DNA of 64,000 nucleotides from Bryobacteraceae bacterium (GCA_049516835.1 JBEKSR010000003.1:8302-72301); one strand, 5' to 3'. Shown: positions 17,483-28,432, counted from the stretch's first letter. Numbers and translations are program-made. The notes: generated by a model not told the origin, from the sequence alone.

Positions 17483-17591
17483 GGAGGTAAAGCAAAAAGG
17501 CTATTGCGGCAGTCGCGCACCCTCGCACCCCCAACGGCAAAGAACACGTTTTCCAAGCGCTTCCAGTGAATCGGAGCCAGCCGGGCCATCT

Positions 17592-17867
17592 TCAGGCGCT
17601 CAACTGGGCGAAGTGGCGTTCAACGGAAATCCACTTCGGCGCCCGCCAGCAGCCCTCATGGTATTCGTAGGCGCACTCTTCCAAAACCTCGCGGAGCGTA
17701 CCCATCTCCTGTGCCGTCGAAAGGAAGAGGCCAACCGCTTCCTCTAGAGCGGCGCGCGCCTGGTCCGGGGTGCTTCCGGCACTGACCACATCAACGGGCA
17801 TCGCCTGCGCGACATACTGCGCGCCCCTTCCCGCCAAATCTGCACCGTATAGTCGATCCGCATCCAC
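17592..17867 (-). CDS. HicB-like/UPF0150-fold antitoxin-type protein, probably frameshifted at its 5' end
   Basis: 'YVAQAMPVDVVSAGSTPDQARAALEEAVGLFL' fits the HicB fold. A better N-terminus, 'MRIDYTVQIWREGA' from ATG 17863, lies in another frame and meets this one at a GCGCGC tract (17819-17824). There is no HicA partner. Confidence 0.45.
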   Translation of the reverse strand: MDADRLYGADLAGRGAQYVAQAMPVDVVSAGSTPDQARAALEEAVGLFLSTAQEMGTLREVLEECAYEYHEGCWRAPKWISVERHFAQLSA

Positions 17868-17942
17868 TTTCCCTCTCTTTTATCATAAGGCCGTTCACGA
17901 GATGCAGCCGCTGGCCGACGCCGGGCGTTATGCCCAACCTTC

Positions 17943-19769
17943 CTACGGATTGGGTGTGGTGAACAGCCGCTTGTAATCTTCCCAGTGCGCGTTCATGATG
18001 TCCATCTTGCGCTTGAGCTGCGCTGGAAGATCTGGCCCCAGCCGGCGAATGGTCTCCTCGGCGGGAGTGGGCGCCAAATCGAGCAACGGCCCCTTGGCCG
18101 ACAGCAACAACTGCCGCAAGCGCATGGCGTTGTCGATTTCATTGCGCGCCAGGCGCATCAGGTCGGTGCGGTCCCAGCCGCTCTGCGCGCCCAGCACCGG
18201 GTTCGGATCGGGCTTCACTCCCAAGGCTTTCACGCGATCGAGTTGAGCCTGATACTCGATAATATCGTCGGCGCCGCGCACCAGGCACTGGAGCGCGGCC
18301 AGCCGCTGGCCTAGCAACTCCCACTCGCCCGGCGAACTGGAACCCGCGCGCAGGCGCAGGGCCAGCGCCTCGGCGCGGCTCAGGCTGCCGGTCACCTTTT
18401 CGATGATGTTCTGCACCAGCAGGCGCGCGCCCCATCCTTCGTACATGCGCATGGCCTGAATATCGATCAGGTCGTCAGCCTGCTCTTCGCCCTTGGCCTG
18501 GAAGAGGAATGGGCGGTAATAGCTCTTCTCTTCGTTCGTCAGGTTCTCCGGGAACGGCACCAGCGGGCGGTTCACCCACCGCCCCAGAATACCGCCCATG
18601 GTCAGCACGGGACCGAAGTTCAACGTTCCCAGATAGCGTTCGGCTTCGTCGGTGGCTATCCACAGGGAGAGCAGGTCGTCGGCCCCATCCTTGCCGGCGG
18701 TCTGGCTGGCGAGCTCGTGAAGCGCCGTCCACAGGTCCACTTCGTTGCGCGGTCCGGCCCTGCGGAATGCTTCGAGCACCTTGAAATTGAAATCGGCGCC
18801 CACGGCATCGGCCACGGAAACCACCAGCTTGTTGCTGGGCGCGCGCCCGCCGGCCATCAACGCGCGCATCGTCGCAATCGGCCGCGGGACCCCGACCACC
18901 GGCGCGAATTCGCCCGCTCCTCCGCCGAAACGCCGTATCGCCACGCGGTGACCATCGGGACCTTCGAGATGATTTACGGCCATCCCAGCGGGCAGCTTGC
19001 GCGCGATCAGCTCGGGATGGTCGAAGGTCGGAATCATCCACTGGCGGGGCGCAATCTCGACCAGGTCCACGGTGATCTGCCGGCCCAGTTGGCCGGCGGC
19101 ATCGTGCAGCGCGGTGAGGAAGCCCGCCACGCGATCTTCCATGGGGCGGCGCTGGCAGAAGGTCGGCCCGTTCAAGCCTGGATAAAGGGCCGGCGTCCAG
19201 CACAGGCCCGAACCCGCGTCGGTGGTGGTGAAGGAAAAGACCTCCACTTCGGGCAGCCGCTTCAGAAGCTTCTGCAAGGCCTCCCGATACAGCGCCAGTG
19301 TGGCGGGCTGGTCGACGCACGGCGCAAAGCGAGGGGTGCGCGAGCGATTGGCATGATCCACGCGCGGGCCGCGCAAATCGGGGTGATCGGCAAAGAACGC
19401 CTCCGGCAACACGTGCGGTTCGTTGGCCGTGTAGGCGGCCTTCAAACCAAGGCGCCGCAGCACTTCACAGCGCGCCCGGAAGAGGTCCGCCACTCTTTCC
19501 GCGTAGTCCTGGTCGAGGTACTTCTCGAGCGCGGCCGGCGGAAAGATCTTCAGTAAACCCGGGTGATACATGTACCAAGCCGGGTACGGGTCGCCGGGCA
19601 CATCCATCTCCCACAGCGCGGGAGGAAGGTCCTCCGTAATCACGACGTGGGTGGCGCCCAGTTGCCTGGCACGCGCCGCATTGCGCTCGAACGTCTCCAG
19701 ATCGGAAGCCGGTTGGCACAAAGGAGCTGCGGCAAAGCATGCGAAGACGGCGAGGTAGTACGGTTTCAT
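17943..19769 (-). CDS. Secreted hypothetical protein (about 608 aa)
   Basis: Start set at 'MKPYYLAVFACFAAAPLCQPA' (signal-like). The longer ORF start at 19841 overlaps the upstream gene. No motif recognised. Adjacent to GH3. Confidence 0.55.
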   Translation of the reverse strand: MKPYYLAVFACFAAAPLCQPASDLETFERNAARARQLGATHVVITEDLPPALWEMDVPGDPYPAWYMYHPGLLKIFPPAALEKYLDQDYAERVADLFRARCEVLRRLGLKAAYTANEPHVLPEAFFADHPDLRGPRVDHANRSRTPRFAPCVDQPATLALYREALQKLLKRLPEVEVFSFTTTDAGSGLCWTPALYPGLNGPTFCQRRPMEDRVAGFLTALHDAAGQLGRQITVDLVEIAPRQWMIPTFDHPELIARKLPAGMAVNHLEGPDGHRVAIRRFGGGAGEFAPVVGVPRPIATMRALMAGGRAPSNKLVVSVADAVGADFNFKVLEAFRRAGPRNEVDLWTALHELASQTAGKDGADDLLSLWIATDEAERYLGTLNFGPVLTMGGILGRWVNRPLVPFPENLTNEEKSYYRPFLFQAKGEEQADDLIDIQAMRMYEGWGARLLVQNIIEKVTGSLSRAEALALRLRAGSSSPGEWELLGQRLAALQCLVRGADDIIEYQAQLDRVKALGVKPDPNPVLGAQSGWDRTDLMRLARNEIDNAMRLRQLLLSAKGPLLDLAPTPAEETIRRLGPDLPAQLKRKMDIMNAHWEDYKRLFTTPNP

Positions 19770-19814
19770 CGGGAAACAGCTAGATCGTATTATGACGCAT
19801 CCCATTGAGCGGGG

Positions 19815-19834
19815 AGGACAAGCTGAAGCATGTC

Positions 19835-19836
<2 letters not shown>
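19815..19836. repeat. Short GC hairpin at the GH3 stop codon (REP-like)
   Basis: AGGACA-A-GC-TGAA-GC-A-TGTCCT, overlapping the stop codon by 2 nt. No U-tract. Confidence 0.35.
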
Positions 19837-21658
<1,822 letters not shown>

Positions 21659-21956
21659 AACATCACCCATGCCGAGAAGATTTACGATCAACGAGAAGGT
21701 AAATCCAATGTTACAGCAGTCCGCCCGTGCCGTACGGCGGTTGGCGATGTTCGTTTTGCCGGTGGCAGCGCTCCTGGCGCAAGACAACGCATTCGACCCC
21801 GCCATCTTCAAGGCCCCACCCGCCATGTACCGCGGCCACGCCGAGCATCAGGGTAACCGGGACACGTGGATGGAGCGGCTGTCGTATGCACTCGCCCGCG
21901 ACTACACCCTGAACGTAACAAGCTTCTGAGTCATCCGTCTCGAACGGGAAGCGCCG

Positions 21957-23006
21957 TCAATCCAGCTTGCTGGACGCCGAGATGCTGCTCGTATAGTTAT
22001 CTTTCAGAGGATCGTCCGGAACCAGGCTTTCGATCTTCTTCCATGCCGAGCCGGGACCGGTCTGCCTCAGTACACCGAGTTGACCGATGGCCCAGGGCGC
22101 CCCGTTCACGGTGATAAGCTGGCACAGAAAAAGCTGGCCGTCGACTCCGATGGTCTTCCAGCTTTCGCCGTCTTCGCTCACCAGAAGACTGTCATCCGCC
22201 GTGATCCAGCCGCGATTCGAGCTATCGAAAAGAATGGAGGTGAGCGACGATTTCACCGGGCTGGTTTGCGCCGTCCATGTGACGCCGCCGTCGCGGCTGC
22301 GCAAGATCTGCCCGCTGAATCCCACGATCCAGCCGTTGTTGGCATCGCGGAAGTACACCGAGGTTAGCGACCACGACGCCGCATCGGTTCGCACCTGCTG
22401 CCAGGTCTTGCCGCCGTCCGTCGTGCGAAGAATCATGCCGGCCCAGCCGACAACCCAGCCGTGGTCCGCGTCCAGGAAGAAGACGTTTTCGAGCGACTCC
22501 TTGGTGCCGGTGGTTTGTGGGGACCAGGTGAGGCCCCCGTCCGCCGAATGAAGAATGACTCCGTCGTACCCGGTCACCCAGCCCGACTGGCCGACGAATT
22601 GAATGGCCGTCAGGTTCTCGGTAACACCCGTTTTCCGAGGCTCCCAGGTCTTGCCGCCGTCGGCCGTGGCCACCAACAGCCCCTCATCGCCGACCGCAAA
22701 ACCGTGGTTCGCATCGGAGAACTCGATATTCCGTAGATGCCCTTTCGCGCCAGTATCGCGGTTGGACCACGTCGTCCCACCGTCGGTGGTGACCATCAAG
22801 CCGCCTTGTTCGCAGAGCAGGTAAACCAGCGATGGAGCCGGCGAAACGCCGTCCCGCAACCAGCAACTTTTTCGATCCTGCGCACCGGCAGCCGTCGGCG
22901 CGCTGGCAGCCACCTGCGCGCTGGCAGCCAACTGCCAGAGCATGGAAAGCGCAAGTACGTTGACCAGGCTTGCCAAAATCCCACCTTGGGACACTCCCTT
23001 AAGCAT
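21957..23006 (-). CDS. Ycf48/BNR-repeat beta-propeller protein
   Basis: Repeated 'T.DGG.TW' Asp-box units occur at least 5 times. ATG 23006 is preceded by GGAGG with a 5-nt spacer. Signal-like N-terminus. Confidence 0.75.
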   Translation of the reverse strand: MLKGVSQGGILASLVNVLALSMLWQLAASAQVAASAPTAAGAQDRKSCWLRDGVSPAPSLVYLLCEQGGLMVTTDGGTTWSNRDTGAKGHLRNIEFSDANHGFAVGDEGLLVATADGGKTWEPRKTGVTENLTAIQFVGQSGWVTGYDGVILHSADGGLTWSPQTTGTKESLENVFFLDADHGWVVGWAGMILRTTDGGKTWQQVRTDAASWSLTSVYFRDANNGWIVGFSGQILRSRDGGVTWTAQTSPVKSSLTSILFDSSNRGWITADDSLLVSEDGESWKTIGVDGQLFLCQLITVNGAPWAIGQLGVLRQTGPGSAWKKIESLVPDDPLKDNYTSSISASSKLD

Positions 23007-23189
23007 GTTTGCCTCCATCTGCTTCGATGATTCGGCTACTGCTGAAGTTACCGATTGCGTGTGCTTTCGCACGGCCCTATCGAGCCATTAACAGGTAGCA
23101 CTTTAGAGCTATGATCCAAATCGGATCCAGATTCCGGCCCAGCACCTGGACTGGCTCTTCGAATAACCTGAGATCAATAGGAGACGGTA

Positions 23190-24533
23190 ATGAGCTTGCG
23201 ACGTCGCAATCTGCTTCAATCCCTGGGGGCCGCCGGGCTGCTAGGCCTCGTCAGCCCCCACGAACAACAGGCGCAGGAGGCGGTGGCGCGCGCCACGGGC
23301 GGCATGGGCGCGCCTCGCATCAAAGACATCGGCGTGATTGAATCCCAACCCGCCGGGGTGCGGCTCACGGTAGTCAAAATCACCACCGACCAGGATGGCC
23401 TCTACGGATACGGGTGCGCCACGTTCACGCAGCGGGCCGACCTGGTCAAGCCCGCGGTGGAGAAGTACCTGAAGCCGTTCCTGCTCGGCAAGACCACGGA
23501 TCGGATCGAAGATATCTGGCAATCCTGCTACGACAGCTCGTACTGGAAGAACGGTCCGGTGCTGAACAACGCCATCAGCGGCATCGACATGGCGCTTTGG
23601 GACATCAAGGGCCGGCAAGCGGGCATGCCGGTTTATCAGTTGGTGGGGGGCAAATGCCGGGAGGCCGCCGATACCTACGGCCATGCGGATGGCCCCGAGT
23701 ATAAAGACGTGGTGGAAGCGGCGAAACGCTATCTGGCGCAGGGGTTTCGCAATGTGCGCGTTCAGGTGGGCATTCCCGGAATGGCCGGCTACGGCGCCGG
23801 GCGCAGCGGCGCTGCGGCGGTTAAGGCCCTGCACGACACGCCGGTCTTCGAACCGGCGGTCTACATCCGGCGCGCGTTGAAACTCCTGGAAGTCTGCCGG
23901 CAGGAGCTGGGCGAAGAGGTCGAGCTGCTTCACGACATGCATGAGCGCGTGTCGCCCAACCAGGCCGTTCAGTTCTGCAAGGACGTCGAGAAGTTCAAGC
24001 TGTTCTTCATCGAGGACCCGCTCTCGCCGGAGGACCTCGGCTATTTCCGGCAGATCCGGCAGAATTGCGCCACGCCCATCGCCATGGGCGAACTCTTCAA
24101 CAGCCCGCATGAGTGGATTCCGCTGATTGCGGAACGCTTGATCGACTACATCCGCGTGCACCTTTCCCAAACGGGCGGATTCACGCCGGCGCGCAAGATT
24201 GCGGTCCTGGCCGAGATGTACGGCGTCAAGACCGCGTGGCACGGGCCGGGCGACGTGTCTCCGGTGGGCCACATGGCGAATGTCACGCTCGACGTGGCCT
24301 GCCACAACTTCGGCATTCAGGAGTACTCGCCGTTCAACGACCGCACCCAGGAGGTTTTCCAGGGCTGCCCGGTGATGAAAGACGGCTACCTGTGGGTGAG
24401 CGAGAAACCCGGCTGGGGCATCGAGGTGGATGAGAAGGCGGCTTCCAAGTTCCCCTTCACCGCGGGGAGAAACAACCTGAACGGCGGCTGGGGAGAGGTC
24501 CGGCGCCGCGACGGCACCGTGATCAAGCAGTGA
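23190..24533 (+). CDS. Enolase-superfamily dehydratase, D-mannonate/D-galactonate dehydratase (ManD/RspA-like), with TAT signal
   Basis: 'ITTDQDGLYGYGCATF', 'ISGIDMALWDIKGR', 'LHDMHERV' and 'FIEDP' fit the ManD subgroup. The N-terminus 'MSLRRRNLLQSLGAAGLLG' is a twin-arginine motif. Confidence 0.85.
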   Translation: MSLRRRNLLQSLGAAGLLGLVSPHEQQAQEAVARATGGMGAPRIKDIGVIESQPAGVRLTVVKITTDQDGLYGYGCATFTQRADLVKPAVEKYLKPFLLGKTTDRIEDIWQSCYDSSYWKNGPVLNNAISGIDMALWDIKGRQAGMPVYQLVGGKCREAADTYGHADGPEYKDVVEAAKRYLAQGFRNVRVQVGIPGMAGYGAGRSGAAAVKALHDTPVFEPAVYIRRALKLLEVCRQELGEEVELLHDMHERVSPNQAVQFCKDVEKFKLFFIEDPLSPEDLGYFRQIRQNCATPIAMGELFNSPHEWIPLIAERLIDYIRVHLSQTGGFTPARKIAVLAEMYGVKTAWHGPGDVSPVGHMANVTLDVACHNFGIQEYSPFNDRTQEVFQGCPVMKDGYLWVSEKPGWGIEVDEKAASKFPFTAGRNNLNGGWGEVRRRDGTVIKQ

Positions 24534-24567
24534 GAGGTCTTGAGAACGCGAGTATCATATTAGGTCT

Positions 24568-25866
24568 ATGACCAACCCGGCGCGCGGCCGGATCAGGTGG
24601 ATCCTGATCATATGGATGTTTACGATCAGCGCCATCGCCTACCTGGATCGCGTGAACATTTCCATCGCCGGCAGTTCCATCGAACAGGAATTCCAGCTTA
24701 GCCATATCCAGCTCGGCTGGGTCTTCAGCGCCTTCGTGCTGGGGTATGCCCTGTTCCAAGCGCCGGGAGGCCGCCTGGCCGATCGTTTCGGGCCGCGGAA
24801 GATTGTCGCGCTGGGAACCCTCTGGTGGGCCGTGTTCACGGCCCTGACGGCGCTGGCGCCTACGGGCATCACCGGCGTGCTGATCATTCTGCTGGCCGTG
24901 CGCTTTTCGTTGGGAGTGGGGGAGGCCGTGGTTTATCCCGCTTCCAATCGGCTGGTGGCAAGCTGGATTCCTTCCCAAGAGCGCGGGGTGGCTAACGGAT
25001 TGATCTTCGCCGGGGTAGGCGCGGGCGCCGGAATTACGCCGCCCCTCATCACCTATATTCTGCTGCACTGGGGCTGGCGCTGGTCCTTCTGGATCAGCGC
25101 GGTGATCGGGCTGGCGGCGGGCGCGGTCTGGTATCTGCTGGCGCGGGACCGGCCCGAGGAACACCCCTGGGTGACCCCGCAGGAGGCCGCCCACATCCGG
25201 TCCGGATTGCCGGACCAGCCGGCCGGAGCCTCGGCGGCAAAGGCAGTGCCGTGGGGAACGATTCTGAGGAGCAAAGAGGTGCTGGCGGTTTCGTTGAGCT
25301 ATTTCTGTTATGGCTATTCCGCCTACATTTTCTTCACCTGGTTCTTCATTTACCTCAACACGGTGCGCGGCCTGGACCTCAAGTCGAGCTCCTTCTTCGG
25401 GATGCTTCCGTTTGTGGCGATGGCCACGTGCTCACCCCTGGGCGGCTGGATCAGCGACGGCCTGACGAAGCGCCATGGGAAACGCACGGGCCGCTGCGGG
25501 ATTGCGGTGGCCGGCATGGGGCTGTCGGCGCTGTTCATCGCGCTGGGGACGCTGGCGGCGGACGCGCGCGTGGCAAGCATCGTGCTCGCGGGAGGCGCCG
25601 GCGCCTTGTATCTTTCCCAGAGTTCCTTCTGGTCGGTGACGGCCGACATCGCCGGCCCTTCCGCCGGAACCGTCTCCGGCGTAATGAATATGGTCGGGCA
25701 GTTTGGCGGTGTCACGACCGCTTCTCTCACTCCGCTGGTCGCAGCGCACTTTGGCTGGCCGGCGTCGTTCCTGGTAGCCGCGGGCCTGGGCGTGCTGGGA
25801 TCTCTGGCCTGGCTGGTGGTGAATCCCGAGCGGACACTGCTTGGGAAGTCCGTGGAAAGGATCTGA
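24568..25866 (+). CDS. MFS transporter (ACS family, sugar-acid type)
   Basis: 432 aa, about 12 TM helices. 'AYLDRVNISIAGSSI...LGWVFSAFVLGYALFQAPGGRLADRFGPRK'. Confidence 0.85.
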   Translation: MTNPARGRIRWILIIWMFTISAIAYLDRVNISIAGSSIEQEFQLSHIQLGWVFSAFVLGYALFQAPGGRLADRFGPRKIVALGTLWWAVFTALTALAPTGITGVLIILLAVRFSLGVGEAVVYPASNRLVASWIPSQERGVANGLIFAGVGAGAGITPPLITYILLHWGWRWSFWISAVIGLAAGAVWYLLARDRPEEHPWVTPQEAAHIRSGLPDQPAGASAAKAVPWGTILRSKEVLAVSLSYFCYGYSAYIFFTWFFIYLNTVRGLDLKSSSFFGMLPFVAMATCSPLGGWISDGLTKRHGKRTGRCGIAVAGMGLSALFIALGTLAADARVASIVLAGGAGALYLSQSSFWSVTADIAGPSAGTVSGVMNMVGQFGGVTTASLTPLVAAHFGWPASFLVAAGLGVLGSLAWLVVNPERTLLGKSVERI

Positions 25867-25869
25867 AAC

Positions 25870-26589
25870 ATGAGTCGAAAAACTTATCTCGCAGGCCTCC
25901 CTGTACTTGTCCTCGCCGGTTGGGTGATGGCACAGCCTTCCGGCGATCCTCTCATCGAGGGCTTTCGCGGGGTGGAAGTGGCCTCCGTGGCGGATGCCAC
26001 GGAGCAATTGTACGGGCAGCGCTCGTATATGTCGCACGACATGCGGCCGCTGTTCAAGACCAAGTTTGCGGGCCCCGCCGTAACCGTCCTCATGAAGAAG
26101 GAGGAGCACAAGGAGGGTTCGGCGGCTTCCCAGGGAATGTTGGACGCCATCGACGCCGCTCCGGCCGGCTCGGTGTACGTCATGGTGCTCGAGGACGGGT
26201 TGGACTACGGAGCGATTGGCGGCCTGATGACCACCGCCATGAAGTTCCGCGGCCTGGCCGGAGCGGTAGTGGATGCCTCCATACGCGACACGCCGCAGAT
26301 CGGCAAGCTGCAGTTCCCGGTTTTCAGCCGCGGGGTGGCGCCTTCCACCACCATCGGTCACTACCGTTTCGCCGGCGCGAACATACCGGTGACTTGCGCC
26401 GGTGTACGGGTGAGCGCGGGAGATATTATCACGGCCGACGAAGATGGCGTGGCCGTGGTGCCGCGCGCGCGCGCCGCCGAGGTCCTCAAGAAAGCTCAGG
26501 ACCTGGACAACACGGAGCACAGCATGATCCCGTTTATCGAGAAGTTCCGCTCCCTCAAAGAGGCGGTGGCGAAGTTCGGCAGGATCTAA
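25870..26589 (+). CDS. RraA-family protein (HMG/CHA-aldolase-like) with N-terminal signal peptide
   Basis: 'GGLMTTAMKFRGLAGAVVDASIRDTPQI...FPVFSRGVAPS' is the RraA-like core. The N-terminus 'LAGLPVLVLAGWVMAQP' is signal-like. Confidence 0.75.
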   Translation: MSRKTYLAGLPVLVLAGWVMAQPSGDPLIEGFRGVEVASVADATEQLYGQRSYMSHDMRPLFKTKFAGPAVTVLMKKEEHKEGSAASQGMLDAIDAAPAGSVYVMVLEDGLDYGAIGGLMTTAMKFRGLAGAVVDASIRDTPQIGKLQFPVFSRGVAPSTTIGHYRFAGANIPVTCAGVRVSAGDIITADEDGVAVVPRARAAEVLKKAQDLDNTEHSMIPFIEKFRSLKEAVAKFGRI

Positions 26590-26598
26590 GGAGCATTC

Positions 26599-28086
26599 AT
26601 GCAGAATTCCGATTTGACACGGCGCACGTTCGTGGGAGCGGTAGCGGCGGCGGGGCTCATGGCCGCGGACGAGGGTTGGGTGGAGCTGTTCAACAAGCGC
26701 GACCTGGACGGATGGCGCCCGAGCGAGAACCATGGCTCCTGGAAGGTCGTAAACGGCGAGTTGGCGGCCGACGGGCCGCGGTCGCACCTGTTCTACACCG
26801 GTCCGGTGCGCGGCGCCAGCTTCCGGAACTTCGAGCTCGAAGTCGAGGCGCTGGCGCGCCCCGGCTGCAACTCGGGAGTCTTCTTCCACACCGCGTACCA
26901 GGAGACGGGCTTCCCGCTGAAAGGCTTTGAGGTTCAGATCGACAACACGGCGGCGAGCGAGGGCACATACCGCGAGAGAAAGTTGACCGGTTCGCTCTAC
27001 GGCCTCCGCAACATCTACAAGCAACTCATCCCCGACGACCAGTGGTTCAAGATCTATGTCGCGGTGCGAGGCAAGAACATCCAGGTGCGGCTCGACGGCA
27101 TGTTGCTGGTGGATTACACCGAGCCGGCGCCGCCCGTCATAGCGGAGGGCGATCAACACCAGCGTTTCCTCGACCGCGGCGCCTTTGCGCTGCAATGCCA
27201 CAATGACGGGTCGAAGGCGCGGTTTCGGAGCGTGCGCGTCCGGCCGCTGCCGGACGAGCTTCTCACGGCCGGCCCCGCCCCCGTGGTGGACGACGTCTTC
27301 CGGCAAATTGTCACCATGGGCACGCACAACATCCCCATGGTGGACTATCACGTCCATTTGAAAGGCGGGCTGACGCTGGAGCAGGCGCTGGGGAAATCGC
27401 GGAAAGACGGCATCCAGTACGGAATCGCGGTGAACTGCGGAAAGGGTTTCCCCACCGAAAACGACGAGGGCGTCCGAACTTTCGTGGATAGTCTCAAGGG
27501 ACAACCCGTGTTCATAGCGATGCAGGGCGAGGGCCGCGAATGGACGCAGATGTTCTCGCGGCGGGCGGTGGCGCTGTTCGACTATACCTTTACCGACTCG
27601 ATGACGTGGACCGACAACCGTGGACGGCGCATGCGCCTGTGGATTCCCGAGGAAGTAGGGAGCATCGCGGATGCCCAGGAGTTCATGGATACGCTGGTCG
27701 AGCGGGCGGTCGGAATTCTGGAGCGGGAGCCCATCGATATTTACGCCAACCCGACCTTCCTGCCGGATCTGATCGCGAAAGATTACGACCGGCTCTGGAC
27801 CGAGAAACGGATGATGCAGGTCATCGGCGCGGCCGCGCGCAACGGAGTGGCCATCGAGCTCAACAATCGCTATCGCCTGCCCAGCCTGGGGTTCGTCCGG
27901 ATGGCAAAGGAAGCCGGGTGCAAGTTCAGCTTCGGAACGAATAATACAGGCCCAGCCGACCTGGGGCGCTGCGAGTACGGGCTGCGCATGGTGAACGAGT
28001 GCAAACTGGGGTGGCAGGATTTCTTCGTACCCGGCGCCTGGGGTCCCAGAGCGGTGGAGCGCAAGGGCGGGGCGCTGAGAGGCTGA
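26599..28086 (+). CDS. DUF1080 (3-keto-disaccharide hydrolase-like) domain fused to a metal-hydrolase-like (PHP/amidohydrolase-like) domain, with TAT signal
   Basis: 'TRRTFVGAVAAAG' (TAT). 'WVELFNKRDLDGWRP...WKVVNGEL...NFELEVE...NSGVFFH...FEVQIDN' fits DUF1080. The C-terminal half starts with 'MVDYHVHLKGG'. Confidence 0.7.
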   Translation: MQNSDLTRRTFVGAVAAAGLMAADEGWVELFNKRDLDGWRPSENHGSWKVVNGELAADGPRSHLFYTGPVRGASFRNFELEVEALARPGCNSGVFFHTAYQETGFPLKGFEVQIDNTAASEGTYRERKLTGSLYGLRNIYKQLIPDDQWFKIYVAVRGKNIQVRLDGMLLVDYTEPAPPVIAEGDQHQRFLDRGAFALQCHNDGSKARFRSVRVRPLPDELLTAGPAPVVDDVFRQIVTMGTHNIPMVDYHVHLKGGLTLEQALGKSRKDGIQYGIAVNCGKGFPTENDEGVRTFVDSLKGQPVFIAMQGEGREWTQMFSRRAVALFDYTFTDSMTWTDNRGRRMRLWIPEEVGSIADAQEFMDTLVERAVGILEREPIDIYANPTFLPDLIAKDYDRLWTEKRMMQVIGAAARNGVAIELNNRYRLPSLGFVRMAKEAGCKFSFGTNNTGPADLGRCEYGLRMVNECKLGWQDFFVPGAWGPRAVERKGGALRG

Positions 28087-28148
28087 GAGCGTGGCGCAGA
28101 CTCTCAGTCTGCCGGGCCCAGAGGGCACCCCCGACTCGTCGGGACGCG

Positions 28149-28385
28149 GCAGGCACGAGTGCCCAATGCCACATACTTTTCCGGATTGCGGCATTCTGCA
28201 CTTGTTGTGGGGCGGGCAATCTTGCCCGCAGCCGCCTTTTAGGCGGCTCTTTCGCGCGGTGCGCGCGCTTTCGGAGCCGCAGTCGCCGGCTGAAAGCCGG
28301 CTGCAGCCAGGATTGGCTGCCCCACGATTTGTGCAGAATGGTCACCAGAATCAAAAAGTATGTGGCATTAGGCACGAGTGCCTGC
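28149..28385. repeat. MITE-like nested palindromic element (237 bp)
   Basis: 32-nt terminal inverted repeats GCAGGCACGAGTGCCCAATGCCACATACTTTT (28149-28180) and its complement at 28354-28385 match 29/32. A second inner inverted repeat CATTCTGCAC lies at about 28191-28200 and 28331-28340. The interior holds four different GC hairpins (28212-28229, 28230-28248, 28285-28301, 28303-28320). Confidence 0.6.
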
Positions 28386-28432
28386 GCCACATGGGGTACG
28401 CAGCCGATGTGAAGTGATTCCTTCGTGGTTCC

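Noticed and set aside
25432-28194. Very long antisense ORFs. Examples are 25432-28194 (920 aa), 40504-43140 (878 aa), 54857-57130 (757 aa), 32316-34325 (669 aa), 460-2244 (594 aa) and 10700-12373 (557 aa).
   Set aside because: Each lies opposite a gene with clear family motifs. Their translations are Arg/Gly/Pro/His-rich low-complexity sequence with no motif. Such shadow ORFs are expected in high-GC DNA.
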